Assembly (NCBI GenBank): GCA_028716045.1
Contig: JAQUQO010000001.1
Span: forward strand, 64,942-128,941
DNA length: 64,000 nucleotides
Origin: Patescibacteria group bacterium
GTDB lineage: Bacteria > Patescibacteriota > Patescibacteriia > JAQUQO01
Reading direction: 5' to 3'
This document shows, piece after piece, positions 48,666-56,743 of the stretch (its first letter is position 1; every line of letters begins with the position of its first letter). Made by a program: the position numbers and the translations under genes. Below the pieces are notes generated by a model that had not been told where the DNA came from, ran no database searches, and saw only the letters and a list, made by a program, of their open reading frames with translations.

Positions 48666-49901
48666 ATGTGGGATAAAATAAACAACCAAAAAGTTTTAGA
48701 TGATTTTAAAAGGAGCTTGGATAATGATATTTTGGAATACGATTTGAATGACGCCAAAATTCTTTATACTTCTCTCCGTGATATTTTAGTTAAAGAAAAT
48801 ATTAATGAAACGGGAGGGGCGATGGCCGAGGAATATTATAAATTAATGCGGCAGGCCGGGTTTGTGTCCCTTGCTCTTTTGGAATTTGATGATGCTAAAC
48901 AATTGTTTGCCGAAGGTCTGCCGACTATGTTAGAGTTGAGCGAATTTGACGTTTTGAATGAATTAAAGAAATTTTTTATCTACCGTTTTCCGATACTGGC
49001 CGACCGATTGCTCGCCAAAAACGACTTGCAAAAAATTATAGAGGAGAATAACAAAAGAATAGCGAACGCCGCCGGAGCGGCTATCGGAGAAAAACAACTT
49101 TTTATTGTCAGCGATTGGATTAAAAATTATTTGGCTTATATTAATCAGGCCGAACCGGAAATTTTAAAATTGCAGGAATATCTGGCGCGGTCGGAGGCGA
49201 TGCAAAAAACCAGCGAAGAAGAAAAAAATAAGATAGGCCTTTTGTTGAAGATTTATGATTATTTGCGAATGGCGCAGTTCAAACCGTTTTTGTTAGATGA
49301 GGAATTAACAATAGTTGAGGACGGAGAAACATATACTGTCACCGAGGGGCGGGCGGAAAAGGTGGACCCCAATATAAAAAAATTGATGGCGGATATCAGG
49401 GAAATTTTGGAAAAGGCGCGCGCTCCGGAAGAAGTGGCGACGGCTTACAGCGCGGTCGGTTGGCAAAGGATTTCTAAACCACAAATTTTAAAGAAATATA
49501 AAACTCTGGAAGCGGCGGCAGATAATCTATTTAAAAAAATCGCCGGTAATTTATTGGGGAGCGCGGACAAAGACGAAGCGCTATCCATTTTATATTATTT
49601 AGCAGAGGAAAATAAATTGATGACGTTTTTAAAATCACCGGCCAATTTTAGCGGGCTTAAGGCGTTATTTGCCAAATCAAAAAAATTAACCGACGCCCAA
49701 AAAAACGCCAACATTCCGGAGCTCACGATTTTTTTACAGGCCTTTTTGCGTTATATTTTTGAAGAGTTGCTGGAGATGAGTGTTAATGAAGCGGCTCGCG
49801 AAGGCCAGCGCTTGGCCAACGCACTTAAAAAATCCGGTGGAGCCGATTATTTTGATATTTCCTATTTTGATTTAAATAAAGGGCAATTTGTCTGGAAATA
49901 A
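48666..49901 (+). CDS. Hypothetical soluble protein in T4SS-like module
   Basis: The 411-aa ORF has no TM helix. It is tightly packed, 4 nt after the VirB6-like stop. Confidence 0.5.
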   Translation: MWDKINNQKVLDDFKRSLDNDILEYDLNDAKILYTSLRDILVKENINETGGAMAEEYYKLMRQAGFVSLALLEFDDAKQLFAEGLPTMLELSEFDVLNELKKFFIYRFPILADRLLAKNDLQKIIEENNKRIANAAGAAIGEKQLFIVSDWIKNYLAYINQAEPEILKLQEYLARSEAMQKTSEEEKNKIGLLLKIYDYLRMAQFKPFLLDEELTIVEDGETYTVTEGRAEKVDPNIKKLMADIREILEKARAPEEVATAYSAVGWQRISKPQILKKYKTLEAAADNLFKKIAGNLLGSADKDEALSILYYLAEENKLMTFLKSPANFSGLKALFAKSKKLTDAQKNANIPELTIFLQAFLRYIFEELLEMSVNEAAREGQRLANALKKSGGADYFDISYFDLNKGQFVWK

Positions 49902-51321
49902 TTCTATGGCCGTTGGCAATAAAAAAAATAATAATCATTCGGCAGTTAATACGTTTTCTGATGATGAGGTTTTAGTAAAAGGGGGTGACGGAAAATTTTA
50001 TATTTTAAGAGGAGCAGAATTAGCGCCCTACGAAGCGGCGAGAGGAGAGAGGCCGGTTTTGGATTACAAAAGAATCGCCGAAGAAATAATAGATAAGAGT
50101 GGGAGTGTGGCACTCACGCCGGTTAGGCGGGACCAGCTTTTTAATGTTATCGTTTCCGGCCTAAAGGGCGTGCGCGACAGTTTAGAAATAAAAAATATCC
50201 TTGTAAAACCAATTGGCGTCGGCGGATTAGAATTAAATGAAGACAAGACAAAATTAATTTTGGATTTAATAAAACTCGCCTTGGAAGATAAATTAGGAGC
50301 TGGAACGTCCCGCGGAGAAAAACAGGAAGGGAAAATCGCCTCGGTGGTCTCCGTTACTCCGGCCAGCGATATAAAAAGTTTAGAGAAGCTGGTTAATGAG
50401 GTGGTGGGGATTATCAAAAAGGATTATCCCAAAGAGCTAGAGATGAGATTAAGAGGAATAATATTGACATATCTTAAAGATATTAGAGATAAAAGAGAAA
50501 CGCGTGAAACACTAGAGAGGCAAATAGCCAAGGGCGGAATGTCGTTTGAAAAGGGGCGGGCGGAAAAGCTGGTTAATTTTATTGACGATTTAGAAAAACG
50601 TCGTCAAGCGGGGGAGATGGGGCTGAAAAAAGAATTTCCATCACCTAAAAAAGAATTCCTGGCTGTTCCCGTGAAAGAAGCGTTGGTCGGTGAGTCAAGC
50701 AACAAGGCGGATGTTTCTCAATTTGTGGCTAAAGAAAGGGAGGCCTTTAAGGAGTCAGTTATTTTGAAAGATAAATATTTAGCGCCGCCCCCGCTGGCCA
50801 TTGTTAAGAAGGAAGAAGGCGCTGAGCTTCCCTCAAGGGCATTGGAAAAAGAACTGTCAAAGCCGGGGTTACAAAAATTTGTTCCACCGCTTCGCCCCAA
50901 AATAACGCCCCAGCCGCCGCCAGCCTCCGCACCTTTAAAGCAGACCTTGGTTGTAGAAAGAAAACCGCAGATTCAGGATATAAAATATAAACCGCGGCTG
51001 GTCGGTCCCATAGAAGAACTTCGAACTTTGACTCTCCGCGATTTTCGCAAGCTTTCAGAAGACCCGAAAATCGCCACAGAGAAAATTCAAAATAAGATTA
51101 ACCTTTTAGAAGAAGAATCCTTTGCCAAAAGGATGGAAGGAGCGAGGGCTTGGCAGAAAAGTCCTCTCAATCAGGAATATTTGAAGGTGGGGCAGAAGAG
51201 CTTGCTGGAGGGCAAATCCGTTGAACAAATAATCGCGGAAAATTTAAGTAAATCAAAAGAAAGCTTAAATAAAGCGGAATTTAATGCTATAATGGGATTG
51301 AATAAGAGAATCAGATTATAA
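49888..51321 (+). CDS. Hypothetical protein in T4SS-like module (Pro-rich central segment)
   Basis: The 477-aa ORF overlaps the upstream gene by 14 nt. The central PPLRPKITPQPPPASAPL motif suggests an envelope-spanning or peptidoglycan-interacting role. Confidence 0.5.
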   Translation: MSGNNSMAVGNKKNNNHSAVNTFSDDEVLVKGGDGKFYILRGAELAPYEAARGERPVLDYKRIAEEIIDKSGSVALTPVRRDQLFNVIVSGLKGVRDSLEIKNILVKPIGVGGLELNEDKTKLILDLIKLALEDKLGAGTSRGEKQEGKIASVVSVTPASDIKSLEKLVNEVVGIIKKDYPKELEMRLRGIILTYLKDIRDKRETRETLERQIAKGGMSFEKGRAEKLVNFIDDLEKRRQAGEMGLKKEFPSPKKEFLAVPVKEALVGESSNKADVSQFVAKEREAFKESVILKDKYLAPPPLAIVKKEEGAELPSRALEKELSKPGLQKFVPPLRPKITPQPPPASAPLKQTLVVERKPQIQDIKYKPRLVGPIEELRTLTLRDFRKLSEDPKIATEKIQNKINLLEEESFAKRMEGARAWQKSPLNQEYLKVGQKSLLEGKSVEQIIAENLSKSKESLNKAEFNAIMGLNKRIRL

Positions 51322-51329
51322 TTTTTAAT

Positions 51330-51767
51330 TTGTCTATCATGCGCCAGTTTGTTGTTCCACAATTTATTGACGTTGAGGATAAAATAATCGGCCCGGTTAC
51401 CGTCAGACAGTTTATTATTATGCTGGTGGACGCGGGGTTGATATTTTTGTCGTATAAACTTTTTGATTTTGCCCTTTTCGTGATAGTTGGATTAATTTTG
51501 TTTGGTATTGGAGGAACGATAGCCTTCCTTAAAGTTAATGGCCAGCCGTTTCATTTTTTTATGTTGAACTTAATCCAAACCTACCGCCGGCCTTGGCTGA
51601 AGATTTGGAACAAGGAACTGGAAAATTGGGAAATAAAGGAAAAACTAAAAATAACGGAAGTGAAATTACCGGAAAAACCCAAAGTTAAACCGAAAATTTC
51701 CGCCTCGCGGCTGGCCGAGCTTAGCTTGATTGTCAATACTGGCGGCGTTTATGAAGGGCAAGATTAA
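51330..51767 (+). CDS. PrgI/VirB3-like small two-TM T4SS protein
   Basis: A 145-aa product with two adjacent TM helices (res about 28-80), then KVNGQPFHFFMLNLIQTYRRPWLKIW. It sits directly upstream of VirB4, matching the VirB3/PrgI position and topology. Confidence 0.55.
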   Translation: MSIMRQFVVPQFIDVEDKIIGPVTVRQFIIMLVDAGLIFLSYKLFDFALFVIVGLILFGIGGTIAFLKVNGQPFHFFMLNLIQTYRRPWLKIWNKELENWEIKEKLKITEVKLPEKPKVKPKISASRLAELSLIVNTGGVYEGQD

Positions 51768-51807
51768 TTATCAAAATTTTGGATTCCAAATATAAAATAA
51801 AACTGCC

Positions 51808-52482
51808 ATGCCGGAAAAAACTCCTAAAAAATTAGCCCCATCAACCCAAAAGTTTCTTGATATTTCCGAAATCAGAGATGATTGCGTTATTTTAAAGGAT
51901 GGAACTTTGCGAGCTGTTTTGTTGGCCTCCTCTATCAATTTTGCCCTAAAATCCGAAGATGAGCAGAATGCTTTGATTTCCGCTTATATGAGTTTTCTAA
52001 ATTCTTTTGATTTCCCCCTGCAAATCGTGATTCAGTCACGCAAGCTGGATATTGAGGGCTATTTGGAAAGATTGAAAGATACGGAAAAAACTCAAACCAA
52101 CGAATTATTAAAAATACAAATTGCCGACTATCGCGAATTTATAGCCGAGTTAGTAGAAATCGGAGACATTATGAGCAAGAGTTTTTATGTGGTTATACCT
52201 TATAACCCTCTTACTGATAAACGCAAAGGATTTTGGACAAGAGCGCAGGAACTCTTTACTCCGGCGATAATTTTAAGATTGGGAGAAGATAAATTTCAAA
52301 AAAGAAGACATTATTTGATACAAAGGGTTGGTCATATCCAGTCGGGCCTTGAGAGTATTGGCCTTCATTCGCAATTATTAGATACCCAAAGTTTAATCGA
52401 GCTTTATTATAATGCTTATAATCCGGCAACCTCCAAAGTCCAGAAATTAGTTGAGATAAGCAAGCTTCAAGTTGAGGATTAA
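51808..52482 (+). CDS. T4SS-associated protein; possible detached N-terminal segment of VirB4
   Basis: A 224-aa product, 22 nt upstream of VirB4 in a different frame. Its pattern FLDISEIRDDCVILKDGTLRAVLLASSINFALKSEDEQNALISAYMSFLNSFDFPLQIVIQS resembles the extreme N-terminal region of TrbE/VirB4 proteins, as recalled rather than aligned. Confidence 0.45.
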   Translation: MPEKTPKKLAPSTQKFLDISEIRDDCVILKDGTLRAVLLASSINFALKSEDEQNALISAYMSFLNSFDFPLQIVIQSRKLDIEGYLERLKDTEKTQTNELLKIQIADYREFIAELVEIGDIMSKSFYVVIPYNPLTDKRKGFWTRAQELFTPAIILRLGEDKFQKRRHYLIQRVGHIQSGLESIGLHSQLLDTQSLIELYYNAYNPATSKVQKLVEISKLQVED

Positions 52483-52504
52483 GTGCTTAATATAAAATTT
52501 TAAT

Positions 52505-54361
52505 ATGGCTTTTGCCTTGTTTAAAAAGAAAGAATCTCCCGAAAAGCCAAGCGGTCAAGCGGCGGAAGAAGCGGCCAAGAGTGAAAGAATTCTGTTGGAA
52601 GAGGAAAAAATTTACCGCCGTGGGATTATTTCGGTCCGCGATATCATCGCTCCGGAATCAATGAAAGTGGAGCCGACTTTTATAGTCTTAGGTGACAAAT
52701 TCGTCCGCACCATATTTATAATGACTTATCCGAGGTATATCAATATCGGCTGGTTTGCCCCCATTATTAATCTTAATGTGACTTTGGATGTGGCGATGTA
52801 TTTTTATCCGGTTAAATCGGAAATTATTTTGAAACAGTTGAAAAAGAAAGTCGGGGCTTTGGAAGCGCAGATTATTTCCGACTCCGAAAAGGGCGCTCCC
52901 CGCGACCCCATCAGAGAAACGGCTTTGCGGGACATAGAAAAATTGCGCGATGACCTTACCCAAGGGGTGGAGCATTTTTTTCAATTTGCTCTTTACATCA
53001 CTATTTATGCTGATAGTAAAGAAGCCCTGGATAATATCTCTGAGGATGTAGAATCATTATTTGGAGGAAAACTTATTTATTCCAAAAAAGTTTTATATCA
53101 GGCGGAGCAAGGATTTAATTCCACGCTTCCTTTGGCCAACGATGAGTTGATGATTACCTTTAATATGAACACTTCTCCTTGCGCCTCTTCTTTCCCTTTT
53201 ATTTCTTCGGAATTAACGTCGGACAACGGCATTTTGTACGGTATCAACAGGCACAATAACAGCTTGATTTTATTTGACCGATTTTCTTTACCCAATGCCA
53301 ACGCCGTGGTTTTTGCCACTTCCGGCGCCGGCAAGAGCTACGCCATCAAATTGGAAGTCCTGCGCAGTATGATGATGGGGACAGACGTGTTGGTGATTGA
53401 CCCGGAGAGGGAATATAAGCATCTGGCGGAGGCGGTAGGCGGGGCTTATATTGATATCTCTCTTGGCTCTGACAGCAAAATTAACCCCTTTGATTTGCCG
53501 CGGGCGATGGGGGAAGACACTACCGCAGAAGATATTATCAGAAGCGCCGTCATCACTATCAAGGGTTTGGTACGCCTGATGCTTGGCAAACTTTCGCCGC
53601 AGGAAGATACGATTATTGACCAAGCGTTGCTCCAGACCTACGCCAAAAAAGATATTACGCCGGAAACCGATTTATCGCAGGGGGTGGAAGTCCCGCTAAT
53701 GAAAGATTTTGAAAATATTCTGGAAGGCATGGAAGGCGGAGGGGATTTAGTAATGCGTTTAAGAAAGTATACCGAGGGAACTTTCGCCGGATTGTTCAAT
53801 CATCCGACTAATGTGGATATCAAAAATCAGTTAGTGGTTTTCAGTGTTAGGGATTTAGAAGATGAGTTAAGGCCCTTGGCTATTTACAACATCGTCAATT
53901 TTATCTGGAATGTTGTCCGGAGCGAGCGCAAAAAGAGGATTTTAGTAGTTGATGAGGCCTGGTGGCTGATGCAGAATGAAGATTCAGCCAAGTTTATCTT
54001 TGCTCTTGTGAAACGTTGCCGCAAATATTACATGGGAGTCACCACGATTACGCAGGATGTCAGTGATTTTTTGACTTCTGATTATGGTAAAGCCATTGTG
54101 ACTAATTCCTCTTTACAACTTTTATTAAAGCAATCGCCGGCAGCCATTGATTTAGTGCAAAAAACATTTCTTTTAACCGAAGGCGAGAAATACCTGCTTT
54201 TGGAATGCGGCGTCGGCGAGGGAATATTTTTCGCCGGCTCCAAGCATGCGGCCATAAAAATAGTCGCCTCTTATACCGAAGACCAAATCGTTACCACTAA
54301 TCCCCAGCAATTAATAGAAATAGAGGAGGCGAAAAAAGAGTTTGCCAGAAAAAATAAATAG
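52505..54361 (+). CDS. VirB4/TrbE-family T4SS ATPase
   Basis: The N-region LGDKFVRTIFIMTYPRYINIGW, Walker A VFATSGAGKSYAIK, Walker B RILVVDEAWWLM, and the ITQDVSDF C-motif. Confidence 0.85.
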   Translation: MAFALFKKKESPEKPSGQAAEEAAKSERILLEEEKIYRRGIISVRDIIAPESMKVEPTFIVLGDKFVRTIFIMTYPRYINIGWFAPIINLNVTLDVAMYFYPVKSEIILKQLKKKVGALEAQIISDSEKGAPRDPIRETALRDIEKLRDDLTQGVEHFFQFALYITIYADSKEALDNISEDVESLFGGKLIYSKKVLYQAEQGFNSTLPLANDELMITFNMNTSPCASSFPFISSELTSDNGILYGINRHNNSLILFDRFSLPNANAVVFATSGAGKSYAIKLEVLRSMMMGTDVLVIDPEREYKHLAEAVGGAYIDISLGSDSKINPFDLPRAMGEDTTAEDIIRSAVITIKGLVRLMLGKLSPQEDTIIDQALLQTYAKKDITPETDLSQGVEVPLMKDFENILEGMEGGGDLVMRLRKYTEGTFAGLFNHPTNVDIKNQLVVFSVRDLEDELRPLAIYNIVNFIWNVVRSERKKRILVVDEAWWLMQNEDSAKFIFALVKRCRKYYMGVTTITQDVSDFLTSDYGKAIVTNSSLQLLLKQSPAAIDLVQKTFLLTEGEKYLLLECGVGEGIFFAGSKHAAIKIVASYTEDQIVTTNPQQLIEIEEAKKEFARKNK

Positions 54362-54974
54362 ACCCAGTTATAAAGAAATTATGAATAAAAAAATAAAAAT
54401 AATTTTAATAGCCGCCGCTATTATTTTGGTCTTAATTATACTTTGGATTTTATTTTTTAATAAAGGAGAAAAGCCTGCTTTAATTACCCTCCCTCCCGGC
54501 GGAGAAACATCGGGTATTATTGAAGAAGTCGGACCAACTCCCGCCGTGGAAATACCAAAGCAAGGAATCGTAATTGTTGAGGAGGAGCGCCCCGACGTCA
54601 GCAATCTCGTAAAACTGGCTTCTGCTTTTGCCGAAAGATTCGGCAGCTATTCTAATCAGAGCGATTTTAATAATATCAGGGATCTCCAGATTTTTATGAC
54701 CGACTCCATGGAGGAGTGGTCAGAATCTTTTATTGAAGATAGCCGGGTCAAGAGCGGCGATAGCAGTATTTACTACGGAATTACCACTAAAGCTTTGAAA
54801 GCGGAACTTTCTGAATACGACGAAGCCGGCGGCACGGCCGAGATTTTGGTAAAAACCCAGCGCCGCGAGGCAATGGGCGACACCGGCAATGCCAAGATTT
54901 ATTATCAAGATATTTTAATTAAACTGAAAAAAGAGGGTGATATTTGGAAAATTAACGGCGCCTGGTGGCAGTAA
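54342..54974 (+). CDS. Bitopic membrane protein, VirB8-like topology (speculative)
   Basis: An N-terminal TM helix (KIKIILIAAAIILVLIILWILFF), then an about 150-aa beta-rich ectodomain ending ...ILVKTQRREAMGDTGNAKIYYQDILIKLKKEGDIWKINGAWWQ, which looks NTF2-like. It overlaps the VirB4 stop by 20 nt. Confidence 0.35.
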   Translation: MPEKINRPSYKEIMNKKIKIILIAAAIILVLIILWILFFNKGEKPALITLPPGGETSGIIEEVGPTPAVEIPKQGIVIVEEERPDVSNLVKLASAFAERFGSYSNQSDFNNIRDLQIFMTDSMEEWSESFIEDSRVKSGDSSIYYGITTKALKAELSEYDEAGGTAEILVKTQRREAMGDTGNAKIYYQDILIKLKKEGDIWKINGAWWQ

Positions 54975-54983
54975 TTTGGAAAT

Positions 54984-55730
54984 ATGAACAGCACAGGAGG
55001 GTGGCGTGAAAAAATTTTTGAAGTTAGAAAATTTTTTTTGGATTTGATATTCCCCGTTGAGTGTCTCGGTTGCAAGAGAGAAGGCCAATGGCTTTGTGAC
55101 GATTGTTTTAGAAAAATAAAGCCGATTCTTTCAAATTTTGCCGCTTGCCCTTTTTGCGGAAAGGTGGCGGAGAGTGAAATACCGGGAGAATTATGCGAAA
55201 GGCATAATTTTTATCTGGACGGGATTTGGAGCGCTTGCGATTACAAAGAAAAATTAATAGAAAGAGCTATTTGTTTGTTGAAATATAATTTTGTTGAAGA
55301 TCTAAGCGGCGATTTGGCTAAACTATTAACAAATCATTTAGAGAGATTGCGCGGTTTGGTTGATTTAAATAATTTTTTTAATTATATTGTGCCGGTTCCG
55401 CTTCATTTAAAAAGACGCGCAGAGAGAGGTTTTAATCAGTCAGAACTATTAGCGCGAGAAGTTGCCGATTTTTTATCTCTTCCTTTTCGCAGTGATGTTC
55501 TAAAAAGGGTAAAATATACCCCTCCGCAAGTGTCCCTTGATGGCGAGAAGAGAAGGGTTAATTTAAAAGACGCTTTTTATTGCGACCCGTCAATTAATTT
55601 ACATAATAAAAAGATTTTGCTGATTGATGACGTCTTTACCACTGGCAGCACTTTTAACGAATGCGCGAGAGTTCTTAAAAAATCAGGCGCGGCCTTGGTG
55701 TGGGGGCTAACCATTGCCCGTAGCGGTTAA
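54984..55730 (+). CDS. comFC: ComF family protein (ComFC phosphoribosyltransferase-type competence protein)
   Basis: An N-terminal 4-Cys zinc finger (CLGCKREGQWLCDDC...CPFCGK) and the C-terminal PRTase motif ILLIDDVFTTGST. Confidence 0.8.
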   Translation: MNSTGGWREKIFEVRKFFLDLIFPVECLGCKREGQWLCDDCFRKIKPILSNFAACPFCGKVAESEIPGELCERHNFYLDGIWSACDYKEKLIERAICLLKYNFVEDLSGDLAKLLTNHLERLRGLVDLNNFFNYIVPVPLHLKRRAERGFNQSELLAREVADFLSLPFRSDVLKRVKYTPPQVSLDGEKRRVNLKDAFYCDPSINLHNKKILLIDDVFTTGSTFNECARVLKKSGAALVWGLTIARSG

Positions 55731-55775
55731 GGGTTTACATTTATTATAAATTATGCTAAGGTTATAATACTTTTT

Positions 55776-55939
55776 GGAGAGGTGGCCGAGTTGGCTGTCC
55801 GGTCATCCGACCGGATTGAAAAAGGCGGCACTTGCCCGGTTGAATAACTGGGCACTGCTAACGTGTTGAGGGGTAAAACCTTCCGCGGGTTCGTCCCGTC
55901 ATCCGACGGGACGCCACGGGTTTATCCCGTGGCGAATCC
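55776..55939 (+). pseudogene. Interrupted, 3'-truncated tRNA-Ser(GCU)-like copy with three hairpin insertions
   Basis: It is identical to the intact tRNA-Ser at 56226 over 89 exon-like nt. It carries a 26-nt insert in the D-loop, a 22-nt insert in the anticodon stem and a 41-nt insert in the T-loop, each forming perfect hairpins (TCCGGTC..GACCGGA; TCCCGTC..GACGGGA; CGCCACGGG..CCCGTGGCG). The acceptor 3' strand is absent. Confidence 0.5.
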
Positions 55940-55962
55940 TTTTAGGAATTTGATTTTAGTGT

Positions 55963-56220
55963 ATGTTTTATGTATATTTGTTGTTATTAATTAACGGGGA
56001 TATCTACAAAGGATTTAGCGGCGACTTAAAAAGGAGATTAGAAGAGCACGACAGGGGAAAGGTAGGAGCGACTAGAAATTTTAGACCCGCAAAACTAATT
56101 GGTTATGAAGCATATCTACTAAAAAGCGATGCCGTAAGAAGAGAGGCGTTTTTAAAAACCACGGAGGGCAGAAGATTGCTAAAACAACAGTACAGAGATA
56201 TTATTGATAAAGGTAAATAA
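55963..56220 (+). CDS. GIY-YIG nuclease-domain protein (85 aa)
   Basis: FYVYLLLLINGDIYKGFSGDLKRRLEEHDRG is a GIY...YIG motif with the conserved Arg, Glu (EHD) and Asn. It lies between the two tRNA-Ser copies. Confidence 0.75.
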   Translation: MFYVYLLLLINGDIYKGFSGDLKRRLEEHDRGKVGATRNFRPAKLIGYEAYLLKSDAVRREAFLKTTEGRRLLKQQYRDIIDKGK

Positions 56221-56225
56221 AATTT

Positions 56226-56313
56226 GGAGAGGTGGCCGAGTTGGCTGAAGGCGGCACACTGCTAACGTGTTGAGGGGTAAAACCTTCCGCGGGTTCGAAT
56301 CCCGCCCTCTCCG
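56226..56313 (+). tRNA. tRNA-Ser (anticodon GCU)
   Basis: GGAGAGG/CCTCTCC acceptor, anticodon loop CTGCTAA, a long variable arm GAGGGGTAAAACCTTCC, and T arm GCGGG-TTCGAAT-CCCGC. Confidence 0.85.
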
Positions 56314-56469
56314 CAACGGAATTTAAGGGAGTGGAGGAGAGAGCCCCGCAACTGCTTGCGGGGCGTGGTGGGTTCGAAGACCGCAGCCATGTCCGAGGAG
56401 ATTTTCGGCGACGAGGACGGCGAGGGGCGGTCTGCGACCGAGGAGGCGGAAGCCGACGAGAGTTGTAGA

Positions 56470-56490
56470 CGAATCCCGCCCTCTCCGCCA
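56470..56490 (+). repeat. Direct repeat: 3'-terminal 21 nt of tRNA-Ser(GCU) plus CCA
   Basis: CGAATCCCGCCCTCTCCGCCA repeats the T-loop and acceptor 3' end found at 56297-56313, 155 nt downstream of the intact gene. It looks like an att-type repeat or a remnant of a second copy. Confidence 0.5.
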
Positions 56491-56577
56491 ACCAGAAAAA
56501 AAGACGGTTTTAATCTTACATTTTAGGGAGGCGCGGTAAAGCGGTTGAATGTACCAGTCTTGAATCCGCCCCAGAGC

Positions 56578-56664
56578 GGTGGGATGGCTGAGCGGTTTAA
56601 GGCGACGGTCTTGAAAACCGTTAGAGATGAAAGTCTCTCGTGAGTTCGAATCTCACTCCCACCG
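56578..56664 (+). tRNA. tRNA-Ser (anticodon UGA)
   Basis: GGTGGGA/TCCCACC acceptor, anticodon stem ACGGT/ACCGT with loop CTTGAAA, a long variable arm AGAGATGAAAGTCTCTC, and T arm GTGAG-TTCGAAT-CTCAC. Confidence 0.85.
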
Positions 56665-56743
56665 CCTTAGGGCGGACGAATCCTCCCGCCTCCGCCCGAG
56701 ATTGTTGAGGCGGAGTAAAAAAAGTTATTTTTAATTTAAAAAT

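Noticed and set aside
55731-55775. Promoter for the tRNA cluster (TATAAT at 55763-55768)
   Set aside because: A -10-like hexamer sits 7 nt before the tRNA 5' end but has no convincing -35. It is too weak to list as a feature.
56201-56491. 96-aa minus-strand ORF containing ERAGFEPA
   Set aside because: It is a translation of the antisense of the tRNA-Ser T-arm and flanks, which is a classic tRNA-shadow artefact.
56389-56532. Acidic 47-codon plus-strand ORF (MSEEIFGDEDGEGRSATEEAEADES...) between the tRNA-Ser gene and its 3' repeat
   Set aside because: It has no RBS, runs through the tRNA 3'-end repeat, and has GA-rich low-complexity sequence. It is more likely non-coding.
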